From an uncultured Pseudomonadota bacterium (GTDB lineage: Bacteria > Pseudomonadota > Alphaproteobacteria > Rs-D84), in assembly GCA_902784345.1 (NCBI GenBank), contig CACZUD010000002.1:92409-156408 (forward strand): a stretch of 64,000 bases of DNA. Reading direction: 5' to 3'. Below are positions 1-8,780 of this stretch, in pieces (the stretch's first letter is position 1; each line of letters begins with the position of its first letter). The notes beneath the pieces were generated by a model that saw only the letters and a program-made list of their open reading frames with translations, searched no databases and was not told the origin of the DNA. The translations under genes were made by a program, and so were the position numbers.

Positions 1-10
1 GGGGCAGATT

Positions 11-481
11 GTGGCACACAATCACACCGTCCAACAAAAAACAAAACAACAAACAAACGATACCAGTCCTTATAATCCAATAATATCAAAGATATTTTCC
101 GCCAATGGGTATATCGTAAAACCGAATCCAAAAATATCTGGCTTTGTCCCAAACTTATTTGCAATTGGCAATAACGAGGTTGTTTGGCTTGGTGGTGTTG
201 ATTGCGACATTGAAGGCATGATGAACGGTATTCAAAAACTTGATTCTGTGTTCAAAGAAACACTTGAAGACATCACTATTAACATCAACGCATTTATAGT
301 CGATACACTTAACAAATACGATTCTTTAAATAACGGCATATTAGTATTCAAATCAACCGACGAATTAAAAGAATTTATTGAACAACATCCTGCTGATGAT
401 ATAACGGAAACAGAACAAGAAAGTTTTGATTCATATTCAGAATATATTGACACAATAATACAATATATAAAGAATATCTAA
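11..481 (+). CDS. hypothetical protein; the 5' end may lie upstream of the window
   Basis: ORF from a GTG with no stop between base 2 and 11, so it may be truncated. It ends 15 bp before the next ORF. No motif recognised. Confidence 0.4.
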   Translation: MAHNHTVQQKTKQQTNDTSPYNPIISKIFSANGYIVKPNPKISGFVPNLFAIGNNEVVWLGGVDCDIEGMMNGIQKLDSVFKETLEDITININAFIVDTLNKYDSLNNGILVFKSTDELKEFIEQHPADDITETEQESFDSYSEYIDTIIQYIKNI

Positions 482-496
482 AAGGCACAAAATAAA

Positions 497-1003
497 ATGC
501 AATTAAATGAACATTCTGCACTGGAAAGATTGGCTGTACTCGGCATGGATGATTTGCCTGTGATTGCTTACACGCCACAAAAATGTTCACTGGATAAAGA
601 TTGGTTCAAAAAATATTGTGTTCTTCGTCGTGAATTTCTGGAATCACTTACAGATTCTTTTGAAGAAATTGCATTTATGAACCTGCCCCAAGAAGAATTT
701 ATAAATTTAGTTATGGGGAAAACATTGCCTGAAAATCTATCTATAAGATTCAGAATTCCTCTGCTTTGGGGTGGTGAATTAGATATATCAAATATGTTTT
801 TATGTTTAACTTTTCCACACGCATATAATATGGACAGATTCATAATAGAACAAAACGATGCAAAAACAATCTATTTACCAAACCCGGAAAAAAAGGTATA
901 TCTGACATCTCACATTGGTGGTGGCGGTCCTGGTGGAAACGCGACATCTGACAGATTAACAGAATCCGTATTTAACGCAATATCAGGACGCGGAAATGAA
1001 TAA
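497..1003 (+). CDS. hypothetical protein with a degenerate colicin-DNase/HNH-like (beta-beta-alpha-Me) motif
   Basis: The segment RFRIPLLWGGELDISNMFLCLTFPH reproduces the GG-x5-N-x8-H spacing of colicin E9-type HNH ([26 protein letters not shown]) but lacks the leading His pair. It has a Gly-rich tail and overlaps the next ORF by 8 bp. Confidence 0.5.
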   Translation: MQLNEHSALERLAVLGMDDLPVIAYTPQKCSLDKDWFKKYCVLRREFLESLTDSFEEIAFMNLPQEEFINLVMGKTLPENLSIRFRIPLLWGGELDISNMFLCLTFPHAYNMDRFIIEQNDAKTIYLPNPEKKVYLTSHIGGGGPGGNATSDRLTESVFNAISGRGNE

Positions 1004-1430
1004 AGACGAATTTATATCTTTGATAAAATCACGTGGTGCAACAGTTTTTGCCCATGGTCAATCAACCGATATAAATATAGCAAACACAAATTTACAGAAT
1101 ATGCGCGCCGCAATGTTGCCGACTTTTTTACAAGATTTTTACACAACGTGTTTCGGGATGGCTTTGGGGTCTGCTTGCATTTTTGGACCGACAGAAATCG
1201 AACGTGGCACAAAATATCCACTGCCATCTATCATAAAAATAAACCAAGATATGGTTGGCAACAAAAATCTTTTTGGAAAAACTGTTTTTGGCAGGAATGA
1301 TTTATTTTGGTTCGCCTTTGATACTTTTGGAAACTGTTTTATGCTAGATAATTTAACACTGACAATTTTACGCAAGTACGACGATCCATACCGCGCAATG
1401 TTTGATTGTTTAATCGTTGGGAAAATATAA
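996..1430 (+). CDS. hypothetical protein, possibly a SUKH/SMI1-KNR4-like immunity-type protein
   Basis: 144-aa ORF translationally coupled to the HNH-like ORF. The LPTFLQDFYTTCFG segment resembles the SUKH 'lP..y..fl...nG' core; this is recalled, not searched. Confidence 0.4.
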   Translation: MNKDEFISLIKSRGATVFAHGQSTDINIANTNLQNMRAAMLPTFLQDFYTTCFGMALGSACIFGPTEIERGTKYPLPSIIKINQDMVGNKNLFGKTVFGRNDLFWFAFDTFGNCFMLDNLTLTILRKYDDPYRAMFDCLIVGKI

Positions 1431-1431
1431 A

Positions 1432-1644
1432 ATGCACAAAATATCAGTATCTTTATCAGGCCATCAAACGAGTATTTCTTTGGAACAAGAATTCTTTGAT
1501 GTTCTGCAACAAATTGCGAAAGAACGCAAAACATCAGTTGCTTCAATTATTAACAGCATCGACGAAAACCGCAATCCAGAATCTAATCTTTCTTCTGAAA
1601 TAAGGATATGGATATTGAAACAAATATTGAAAACATCAAAATAA
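1432..1644 (+). CDS. ribbon-helix-helix domain protein (RHH_4 / PF13467-like)
   Basis: HKISVSLSGHQTSISLEQEFFDVLQQIA and NLSSEIRIWIL match the GH.TS.sLE..FW and NLSSAiR signatures of this small alphaproteobacterial family. An alternative start lies at 1417. The 3' end overlaps the convergent lnt end by 62 bp. Confidence 0.7.
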   Translation: MHKISVSLSGHQTSISLEQEFFDVLQQIAKERKTSVASIINSIDENRNPESNLSSEIRIWILKQILKTSK

Positions 1645-3586
1645 ACGCCATCCACAAATCACGTCCAATTATTCTATACGGTGTATTATGGGCACCCCAT
1701 ACAAAACCATCTAATGAACCTGTTTCGCCAACCGGCATCATGGAAATTACATTTCCGTCTGCACCAATAAATGCGCTTATTCCTGAATAATTAGATCTTA
1801 TAATTGGCAATCCTGATTCAATGGCATATCTGCGCACCATATCAAGATGCTGATAAACCCCAGGGGTTAAACCAAACCATGTATCATTTGTTATATTTAT
1901 AATCGCATCTGGATTTGCGCCACGTGGAATCAGCGAATCAGAAAAAATAATTTCATAACAAATCGCTGGTGCAAAAGTAAAATCACCTTTATTAGTATTA
2001 ACGGTTATTATCTCTTTACCCTGTCCCGGTGTCAACAAACCTGGTGTTGGTATAATATCACCAAAAGGCCTGTATTCGCCAAAGGGAACCAAATGTGATT
2101 TGCTATAAAGATTCTTAACCACACCTGTTTTATCCGCAACAACCATTGAATTAAAGACATTTCCGTCACTATAAGAATTTGCCCCCATAATAACATTTGT
2201 ATTTAATATACGCGACAAAGGAAACATATTATCAACCACAGTATACGGATACGCGGTTTCTGGAAAAACTATCAAATCCGGATATTCTTCTTTATCATCT
2301 GTTGCCCAAACGAACAAATCACGTATTTTTTGTTTGGCTATATTTTGTGCTTCTTCTTTTGATGTCGGAACCTTGTATACGGCAGATTGCGCCGGTTGCA
2401 CAATTCTTATCATTGGCGATTTGTTCATATTATCGGACACAACCATATTTTGATATCCCGCAAGACAACCACACATAAACAAACCACCAAACAAACAAAA
2501 AACGAACCAATTTGACCGTAAGCCCTTTCTACACAATTCAACAAAAGATGCAACCAAACCAATTATTACAAAGGTTAATCCTAACGCACCCCAAAAAGAC
2601 ATAGAATTAGCAACCATAGGCATGTTCATCGCGATATTAGCAATCGGGTTCCATGGAAAACCAGTCAAAAACCATTCGCGTCCCCATAAAACAAGTGTCC
2701 AAACAGCTGCAAATAAAATCGCTCTATACGACGGTTTTCGGTCAACATAGCGAATTATTGCGAAAGGCAAAGAAAGTATTGCACCACAAAGCAAACCTAT
2801 CCCGATTAATCCTGGCAATGTCCATATTGCAAATTGTGCTGCCAATTCTGGTATAACATAAATAGAATTAAGCACCCACCAAAACATTGCCATACCATAA
2901 AAAGCACCAAACGGGAAAGCCAACAAATAAGATTTCCAAAAACTAACACGATTTGTATTTCGTGTCATTAATGCGTACATCGTACCGATTCCGAACAAAG
3001 ACAAAAACCATAAATTAAATGGTGCAAAACCAAAAGATGTTATTACACCTAACAACGCAACAACCGCGTACCACCAAAAACTGTTTTCACGAATTTTAAC
3101 AGATTTCAATCTGTTAATTAATTTGCAAGAACCGCATTCCATATCACATGATTGCGCTTCATCTGCGTACGGATTTTTATATCCCAACTTTTTCAATATC
3201 TTTATTTCTTTATCTTCCATTATTTTTGCCTCGCCATCTTTGATATGGTCATAGCCCTGCAGATGCAGCATTCCATGAACAATCATATGTGCAGTATGTT
3301 CCGGAACAGAAATTCCTGCTTCTTTTGCTTCGCGTTTAACAGTATCAAGTGATATAAAAATATCGCCCAACAAAATATCATCGCCCAATTCAAATGATAA
3401 AACATTTGTTGGTTTATCCATACCACGATATTGTTTATTTAATTTGTGAATTTCTTTATCATCGACAAGAGTTATAGAAACTTCAGAATCTTTGTGTACG
3501 GCAGAAACAGCCGCATTTGCGATTTTTTCAAAATCTATTTTATACTTTTTCCAATTCTTGTTTTCTATGTTCACATACACTTGCAT
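1583..3586 (-). CDS. ybeY-lnt: in-frame fusion of the rRNA maturation endoribonuclease YbeY (N-terminal ~150 aa) and apolipoprotein N-acyltransferase Lnt (C-terminal ~500 aa)
   Basis: The YbeY zinc motif HGMLHLQGYDH lies at the N-terminus. A Cys-containing linker follows, then multiple TM helices and a CN-hydrolase domain (VFPETAYPY, APAICYE) typical of Lnt. Confidence 0.8.
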   Translation of the reverse strand: MQVYVNIENKNWKKYKIDFEKIANAAVSAVHKDSEVSITLVDDKEIHKLNKQYRGMDKPTNVLSFELGDDILLGDIFISLDTVKREAKEAGISVPEHTAHMIVHGMLHLQGYDHIKDGEAKIMEDKEIKILKKLGYKNPYADEAQSCDMECGSCKLINRLKSVKIRENSFWWYAVVALLGVITSFGFAPFNLWFLSLFGIGTMYALMTRNTNRVSFWKSYLLAFPFGAFYGMAMFWWVLNSIYVIPELAAQFAIWTLPGLIGIGLLCGAILSLPFAIIRYVDRKPSYRAILFAAVWTLVLWGREWFLTGFPWNPIANIAMNMPMVANSMSFWGALGLTFVIIGLVASFVELCRKGLRSNWFVFCLFGGLFMCGCLAGYQNMVVSDNMNKSPMIRIVQPAQSAVYKVPTSKEEAQNIAKQKIRDLFVWATDDKEEYPDLIVFPETAYPYTVVDNMFPLSRILNTNVIMGANSYSDGNVFNSMVVADKTGVVKNLYSKSHLVPFGEYRPFGDIIPTPGLLTPGQGKEIITVNTNKGDFTFAPAICYEIIFSDSLIPRGANPDAIINITNDTWFGLTPGVYQHLDMVRRYAIESGLPIIRSNYSGISAFIGADGNVISMMPVGETGSLDGFVWGAHNTPYRIIGRDLWMAFILMFSIFVSISISLFQKKD

Positions 3587-3597
3587 TTTTTCTTTCC

Positions 3598-5091
3598 TTA
3601 TGCCCTGTATTCATTTTCAAACGGATAAACAACCATATTACCGTTTTGTTTATTTTTTATTTTCAAAATCCCTTCATTAAAAGCGATAGTTTTTGATTTC
3701 TTTTTGGGTGATTTTTTCTGTTTTTCATAATTCATTGTAATATTATTAAGATTTTCTTGTTTTTTCTTATTATTTTTTACAATCATACCTTTGTCTTTCA
3801 ATACGAAATGCGCGTCAATAAATTCTTGAACAGTTCCGTTTTTTTCCATTTTTTGTGACAAAGCGTACTGTATAGTTTCGTCATCAAAAACAAAATGTCC
3901 GTCTTTAACAATCGTATCAATATGGACTTTTGAGAAAGCATCCATATCCATAGACAACAAATCTTCTGTACCAATCTTTCCGATATAATACATTGCACAC
4001 CACCAGCGACGCTTATTTGTCCCGTCTCGCCACAATTCTTCAACTTCTTTCCCTGCCATAAAAGAATCCACTATTTTTTGTGTGTCGTCCCCAGCATCCT
4101 TTAATCGATGAACAATTCCTGTATAAGCCAACGGCACTTTCTTTCGTCTACCGTTTTTTACCTTCACAACACCATCTTTTAATCTGGAAGGTATTTGATA
4201 TCCTGCAATAAACAGCCCCAAAATCTGACTTCGTTTTACTTCAAAAAAATTGTATTTCTTGAACTCAGATTGCATTACAGAAAAACATTCACCAGGATAC
4301 AAACAATGTTGGTTAACTTGATTCCAAATTTGTTCTTCATCAAAATTTGCCACCATATTTATATATTTTTTTCCTTTGCATGGCTGTTGTTTTCCATCTA
4401 AATAAACCCATGTCAAACCAGGCCCATAGGTCTGCCGTTTTTCTTTAGATTGTTTTTTTGGTACCTCATGCCAAGTTTCAAATTCTAATAAACTCACAAC
4501 TATATCAAACCAGTTTTTATCAATAAAATGTTCTTTAAACTTAGAATTAGATACATCATACACTGGGTCAATTATTTTTGTTTCTTTTTGTTTTCCTTCT
4601 TTGTTTTCTTTACCAAAAGTCCATTCTTTAACAACCTGCTTTATTTCTTCTTTGTTATCATAAGCAACCTTTCCACCACCAATACCCAACGCCATCAGTG
4701 CATAAACCATCCACAATTGCAATCTGGATGCCGCACGCGGATGAGATTTCTGCAAGTTTTTAAAGAATTTTTGAAATTCAGAATCGTCTTTTTTATCTTT
4801 TATGTTTTTCTTGTTTTCTTCCCATTTATCTATAATCGCATTGTTTAACAAGGCCACATTTAAACCGTTTTTTGTATCCTTGGCAGCATATTTCATTAAA
4901 CAAAACAAAAACCATGTTAAATCAATTCCACCTAAACCGGCAACACGACCAACCTTGCCCAAAGAGCTGTCAGGCTTCCATTGTTTTAATTCATTATGAG
5001 GTTCTTCAAGAATACCTTTTTTACCCCGCACGTATTTATAACGCGCAGCTATTTCTTTAACTATTTTTTTTACCCCATTACCAAAAGACAT
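3598..5091 (-). CDS. hypothetical Lys-rich 497-aa protein with two N-terminal hydrophobic segments; a lysozyme-like core is possible
   Basis: Long uninterrupted ORF. The hydrophobic stretches are GGIDLTWFLFCLMKYAA and LQLWMVYALMALGIGGG. The central segment LEFETWHEV...TYGPGLTWVYLDG is weakly reminiscent of the GH24-type E...TiGyG pattern. No firm family assignment. Confidence 0.55.
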   Translation of the reverse strand: MSFGNGVKKIVKEIAARYKYVRGKKGILEEPHNELKQWKPDSSLGKVGRVAGLGGIDLTWFLFCLMKYAAKDTKNGLNVALLNNAIIDKWEENKKNIKDKKDDSEFQKFFKNLQKSHPRAASRLQLWMVYALMALGIGGGKVAYDNKEEIKQVVKEWTFGKENKEGKQKETKIIDPVYDVSNSKFKEHFIDKNWFDIVVSLLEFETWHEVPKKQSKEKRQTYGPGLTWVYLDGKQQPCKGKKYINMVANFDEEQIWNQVNQHCLYPGECFSVMQSEFKKYNFFEVKRSQILGLFIAGYQIPSRLKDGVVKVKNGRRKKVPLAYTGIVHRLKDAGDDTQKIVDSFMAGKEVEELWRDGTNKRRWWCAMYYIGKIGTEDLLSMDMDAFSKVHIDTIVKDGHFVFDDETIQYALSQKMEKNGTVQEFIDAHFVLKDKGMIVKNNKKKQENLNNITMNYEKQKKSPKKKSKTIAFNEGILKIKNKQNGNMVVYPFENEYRA

Positions 5092-5105
5092 TTTTTACCC
5101 TTATT

Positions 5106-5124
5106 TTATCAAGATCCTTGATAA
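5106..5124. promoter_or_regulatory. perfect 8-bp-arm palindrome TTATCAAG-ATC-CTTGATAA in a divergent promoter region
   Basis: Read directly. It lies 15 bp upstream of the start of the 3598-5091 gene and 67 bp upstream of rarA. Confidence 0.3.
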
Positions 5125-5190
5125 ACCTTTATTTCTTTACTATCATGTATTATATCATAAATAAGCACTAAATGAAATAAAAGTAAGGAA

Positions 5191-6447
5191 ATGACACGAC
5201 CACTTGCAGATTTGATGAGACCGCAAACCATAGACGATATTGTCGGTCAGGTTGATTTATTGGGCGAAAACGGCATAGTTCGTCGCATGGTAAACAGTGG
5301 CAATTTATCAAACCTTATTTTGTGGGGCCCCCCGGGATGTGGCAAGACGACAATAGCGCGCGCACTGGCTAATTCGGTAGACATGGAATTTGTTCCTCTT
5401 TCTGCTGTGTTTTCTGGGACAGCGGACATCAAAAAAGTTATGGATGTCGCAAAACAAAATCACAATATTGGGCGGAATACCTTGTTGTTTATTGATGAAA
5501 TCCATCGTTTTAATAAAACACAACAAGATACTCTTTTACCTTATCTCGAAGATGGCACAGTCACTTTCATTGGTGCAACAACAGAAAACCCAAGTTTTAA
5601 TTTGAACAACGCCCTGCTTTCAAGATGTCATATTGGGGTCTTGAAACCGCTGTCAACGGCAGATTTATTGATTTTAATCGAACGCGCCGAAAAGTTTTTA
5701 GATAAAAAATTACCATTAACCGAAGATGCAAAATCACACCTTGTTCAAATGGCAGATGGGGATGCAAGGTTCTTGTTAAATACAATAGAATATATATCTG
5801 GCGCAAAATTCAAAAAAGAATTAGATGCCGACACATTAGATGAAATTGTACAAAAACGCGCACCGATGTCTGATAAAAGCGGTGACGAACATTATAATTT
5901 AATTTCTGCTGTTCATAAATCCTTGCGTTCTTCAGATACTGATGCGGCACTTTATTGGGTTGCACGCATGATTACATCCGGTCAAGACCCACGATATGTA
6001 TTGCGTCGTCTTACTCGTTTTGCGATGGAAGATGTTGGACTGGCAGATCCTAACGCAATGCAAATTGCATTATCTGCCTGGCAAATTTACGAACGCATGG
6101 GTTCACCCGAAGGCGATATTGCAATAACAGAACTGGTAATATATTTGGCAACTGCCCCAAAAAGTATTTCTGCATATAAGGCACAAAATGCTTCGTACAG
6201 AACTGCCCGTGATACTGGATCGTTAATGCCACCAAAAAATATATTAAACGCACCAACTAAGATGATGAAAAATCTGGGTTATAGCGACGGTTATATTTAC
6301 GATCCAGAAACAGAAAGCGGTTGCAGTGGGCAAAATTGTTTTCCAGAAAACATGGAACGGGTCAGTTTTTATAAACCAGTGGAACGCGGATTTGAACGCG
6401 AAATAAAAAAACGTTTTGATTATTGGAATTCGTTTCGTAAAAAATAG
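5191..6447 (+). CDS. rarA: replication-associated recombination protein A (AAA+ ATPase RarA/MgsA)
   Basis: Walker A GPPGCGKTT and Walker B LFIDEIHRFNK, with a MgsA C-terminal domain (HYNLISAVHKSLRSSDTDAALYW). Confidence 0.95.
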   Translation: MTRPLADLMRPQTIDDIVGQVDLLGENGIVRRMVNSGNLSNLILWGPPGCGKTTIARALANSVDMEFVPLSAVFSGTADIKKVMDVAKQNHNIGRNTLLFIDEIHRFNKTQQDTLLPYLEDGTVTFIGATTENPSFNLNNALLSRCHIGVLKPLSTADLLILIERAEKFLDKKLPLTEDAKSHLVQMADGDARFLLNTIEYISGAKFKKELDADTLDEIVQKRAPMSDKSGDEHYNLISAVHKSLRSSDTDAALYWVARMITSGQDPRYVLRRLTRFAMEDVGLADPNAMQIALSAWQIYERMGSPEGDIAITELVIYLATAPKSISAYKAQNASYRTARDTGSLMPPKNILNAPTKMMKNLGYSDGYIYDPETESGCSGQNCFPENMERVSFYKPVERGFEREIKKRFDYWNSFRKK

Positions 6448-6454
6448 TTTCTAG

Positions 6455-7330
6455 TTAAAACAATATTTTTACATCAAAACCAAATTGAAATTCTGTCTTT
6501 TCAAATTCATAACCAACATGTCCCACATACTGAGTGTTTCCATATTGACGCAACAGCTTTAAATTCAACCATTCTTGGTTTTTTAAAAATCTTGTATTAG
6601 TAGATTTACGAACATCAAAACCAATTCCTGCACGCCAATCATATTTGAAACGAAAATATGCTTCCGGTATAAAATCAATATAAGAAAGCCCACGGGCATC
6701 ATCGAACACCCATGTGGATTTCACTGTTCCTGCCAGTGTTACACCTGTATACTGACGACCGAAACGAAGTCCCGCATAATACGAAGAATCCGCATATTCA
6801 GGCGTTCTTACATGTGAAGATCCCCAAACTTTCAAACCAAACAACACATCTGAAATAATGCGATTTGTACTGGAACCATGATTCACACGATAAGTTCCAC
6901 CTAATTCAGTACTGGAAAAACCGTTTTGATGTTCACCAGATAAATCCCATTGATAAAGCATATTTGCATGCAACACAAGATTGTTGTTTATTCCATATCC
7001 GATAAATTCTCCTAAACGAAGCTTTTCATCAACAGTAGTAATATATGTATCTGACAAGAATATATTATCAGGAACCAAAAACAATGGATCAGAACTATCA
7101 TTCGCCAAACTGCTTTTCACAGCGGGTTTTATCTGCTGACCAATATAGGAATTTGATTTAGAATAAGAATTCGTTTCTGTTGTTTGTGGCGCAACAAAAG
7201 GTTCTTCTTCCACAACTTCAGTATCAACTTCTTCGTCTGCAACATATGTGTCAGACAAAACCACACCTTCGGCATATGCATTTGTCAAACAAAACAACAC
7301 GACGCCCAAAAACAAACACTTTTTCAACAT
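6455..7330 (-). CDS. putative outer-membrane beta-barrel protein
   Basis: Signal peptide MLKKCLFLGVVLFCLTNAYA, alternating aromatic/hydrophilic strands and a C-terminal Phe (DVKILF). The ORF track start at 7354 is probably too early. Confidence 0.55.
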   Translation of the reverse strand: MLKKCLFLGVVLFCLTNAYAEGVVLSDTYVADEEVDTEVVEEEPFVAPQTTETNSYSKSNSYIGQQIKPAVKSSLANDSSDPLFLVPDNIFLSDTYITTVDEKLRLGEFIGYGINNNLVLHANMLYQWDLSGEHQNGFSSTELGGTYRVNHGSSTNRIISDVLFGLKVWGSSHVRTPEYADSSYYAGLRFGRQYTGVTLAGTVKSTWVFDDARGLSYIDFIPEAYFRFKYDWRAGIGFDVRKSTNTRFLKNQEWLNLKLLRQYGNTQYVGHVGYEFEKTEFQFGFDVKILF

Positions 7331-7360
7331 ACCAAACACCCAACAACCATTCAAATTATA

Positions 7361-8704
7361 CTAAAAATACAAGATCACCTGAACACCGGCTTTCCATTCA
7401 TTGTAATTTTTGATATTATAATCACCCTCTGTGTACAACAAATGACTGTCAGTAAACACTTCGTCATAATGACCAGGTGATGTTTCAACTTCTGGGAATG
7501 CCGTTGGGTTGACATCATAATTCATATATCTTCTGTTCTTTCCTTTGGCAGAATCATAAAGGACGGTCGAAGCATATAAATTCAACGCAAAATGGTCGGC
7601 AGGCTGGAAACCTAAAGCGCCTTTGATATTCAACTGATCGTGCCAATCATAATAGCCGTACGTTAATTCAGTATTTAATGTAAAATATTTACCTAAGACT
7701 GCAAAAGCACCAAGTCCACCTTCTCCTTGAAAAACACTTTTAGTATCAGTTTTATACGACAACATCAACCAATCCCCAGAAGGATTTTCAACATAGGCAC
7801 CATAAGTATCACCTTTTATCAAATCAGTATATGAAATACGACCGACCCCGTAAATTGTTGTTCTATAAACTTTATAACCTGCCTTTACTTCGCCCATGAA
7901 AGTATTAGTAGTATCTTTTTGATGTTGGAAAAACGCTTCAGCCATAACAATCCAATCATCATTATCAACCAAACGACTTTGCACCCCAACCCCAAACAAA
8001 TTCAAACCAGATTTAGAATAAGTATCCGAAGGTTCACCACCTGACCAATCTTTGAACGTAACGTCTGTTTTGTCATATTGTGCCATTAAAACCAAAGCCA
8101 CACGATCAGTCAATCCAAAACTTAAATCTTCTTTGACGGCAAACATTGATGTTTCTTCTTTACCTGTGATACCGACAATTCCAACAGGTGTCGCCTGTTT
8201 ATATGAACTAGAAGCCCTATCTAAATTCAATGTTCTGCCATTTAACAGATCAAAATCAAAATTGTTACGTGCATACGAAACATCTGTTACAGAACCAACG
8301 TGTCCCTTTAAAGGTTGAAAGAAAGGATGAGCCAAGAAATATTTTCTTTCCTGAGAAGAATACGAATTTGTCGTTTGGCTTGCTTGTTTTTCTTCATAAA
8401 CGTACGGATTTGTGTCATTGCGTTTGCCACGATAATAATCAGCAAAATCACGGCCTGTATTATTACCATTATCAATACCTTGTGTATAATACTGTGCAGG
8501 TTGAGCATAATAAAAATTGTTATTTATTATATTTTTGTATCCGCCTGCTCTACGTTTTGCTGTAGCCTTTTTGTAAGCATTATTTTTCATAACAGGACGT
8601 GCAGAATTATATTCACCTTGTGGTTGACTATATTCATAAGCCCCAGCAGAAACAATCGGCAACAAAGCAATCATAGCCAAAGCAAGTGTATACTTTTTCA
8701 TCAA
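7361..8704 (-). CDS. putative outer-membrane beta-barrel protein, distant paralog of 6455-7330
   Basis: Signal peptide MMKKYTLALAMIALLPIVSAGA, a Tyr/Asn/Gly-rich N-terminal region, beta-strand periodicity and a C-terminal VQVILYF. Confidence 0.55.
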   Translation of the reverse strand: MMKKYTLALAMIALLPIVSAGAYEYSQPQGEYNSARPVMKNNAYKKATAKRRAGGYKNIINNNFYYAQPAQYYTQGIDNGNNTGRDFADYYRGKRNDTNPYVYEEKQASQTTNSYSSQERKYFLAHPFFQPLKGHVGSVTDVSYARNNFDFDLLNGRTLNLDRASSSYKQATPVGIVGITGKEETSMFAVKEDLSFGLTDRVALVLMAQYDKTDVTFKDWSGGEPSDTYSKSGLNLFGVGVQSRLVDNDDWIVMAEAFFQHQKDTTNTFMGEVKAGYKVYRTTIYGVGRISYTDLIKGDTYGAYVENPSGDWLMLSYKTDTKSVFQGEGGLGAFAVLGKYFTLNTELTYGYYDWHDQLNIKGALGFQPADHFALNLYASTVLYDSAKGKNRRYMNYDVNPTAFPEVETSPGHYDEVFTDSHLLYTEGDYNIKNYNEWKAGVQVILYF

Positions 8705-8780
8705 AAAACTCCTTTCAATTTTATATTATTATACCATAAAAAAAGCCTTGAAAAAAGATAAAAAATACAAAAAATAAATT

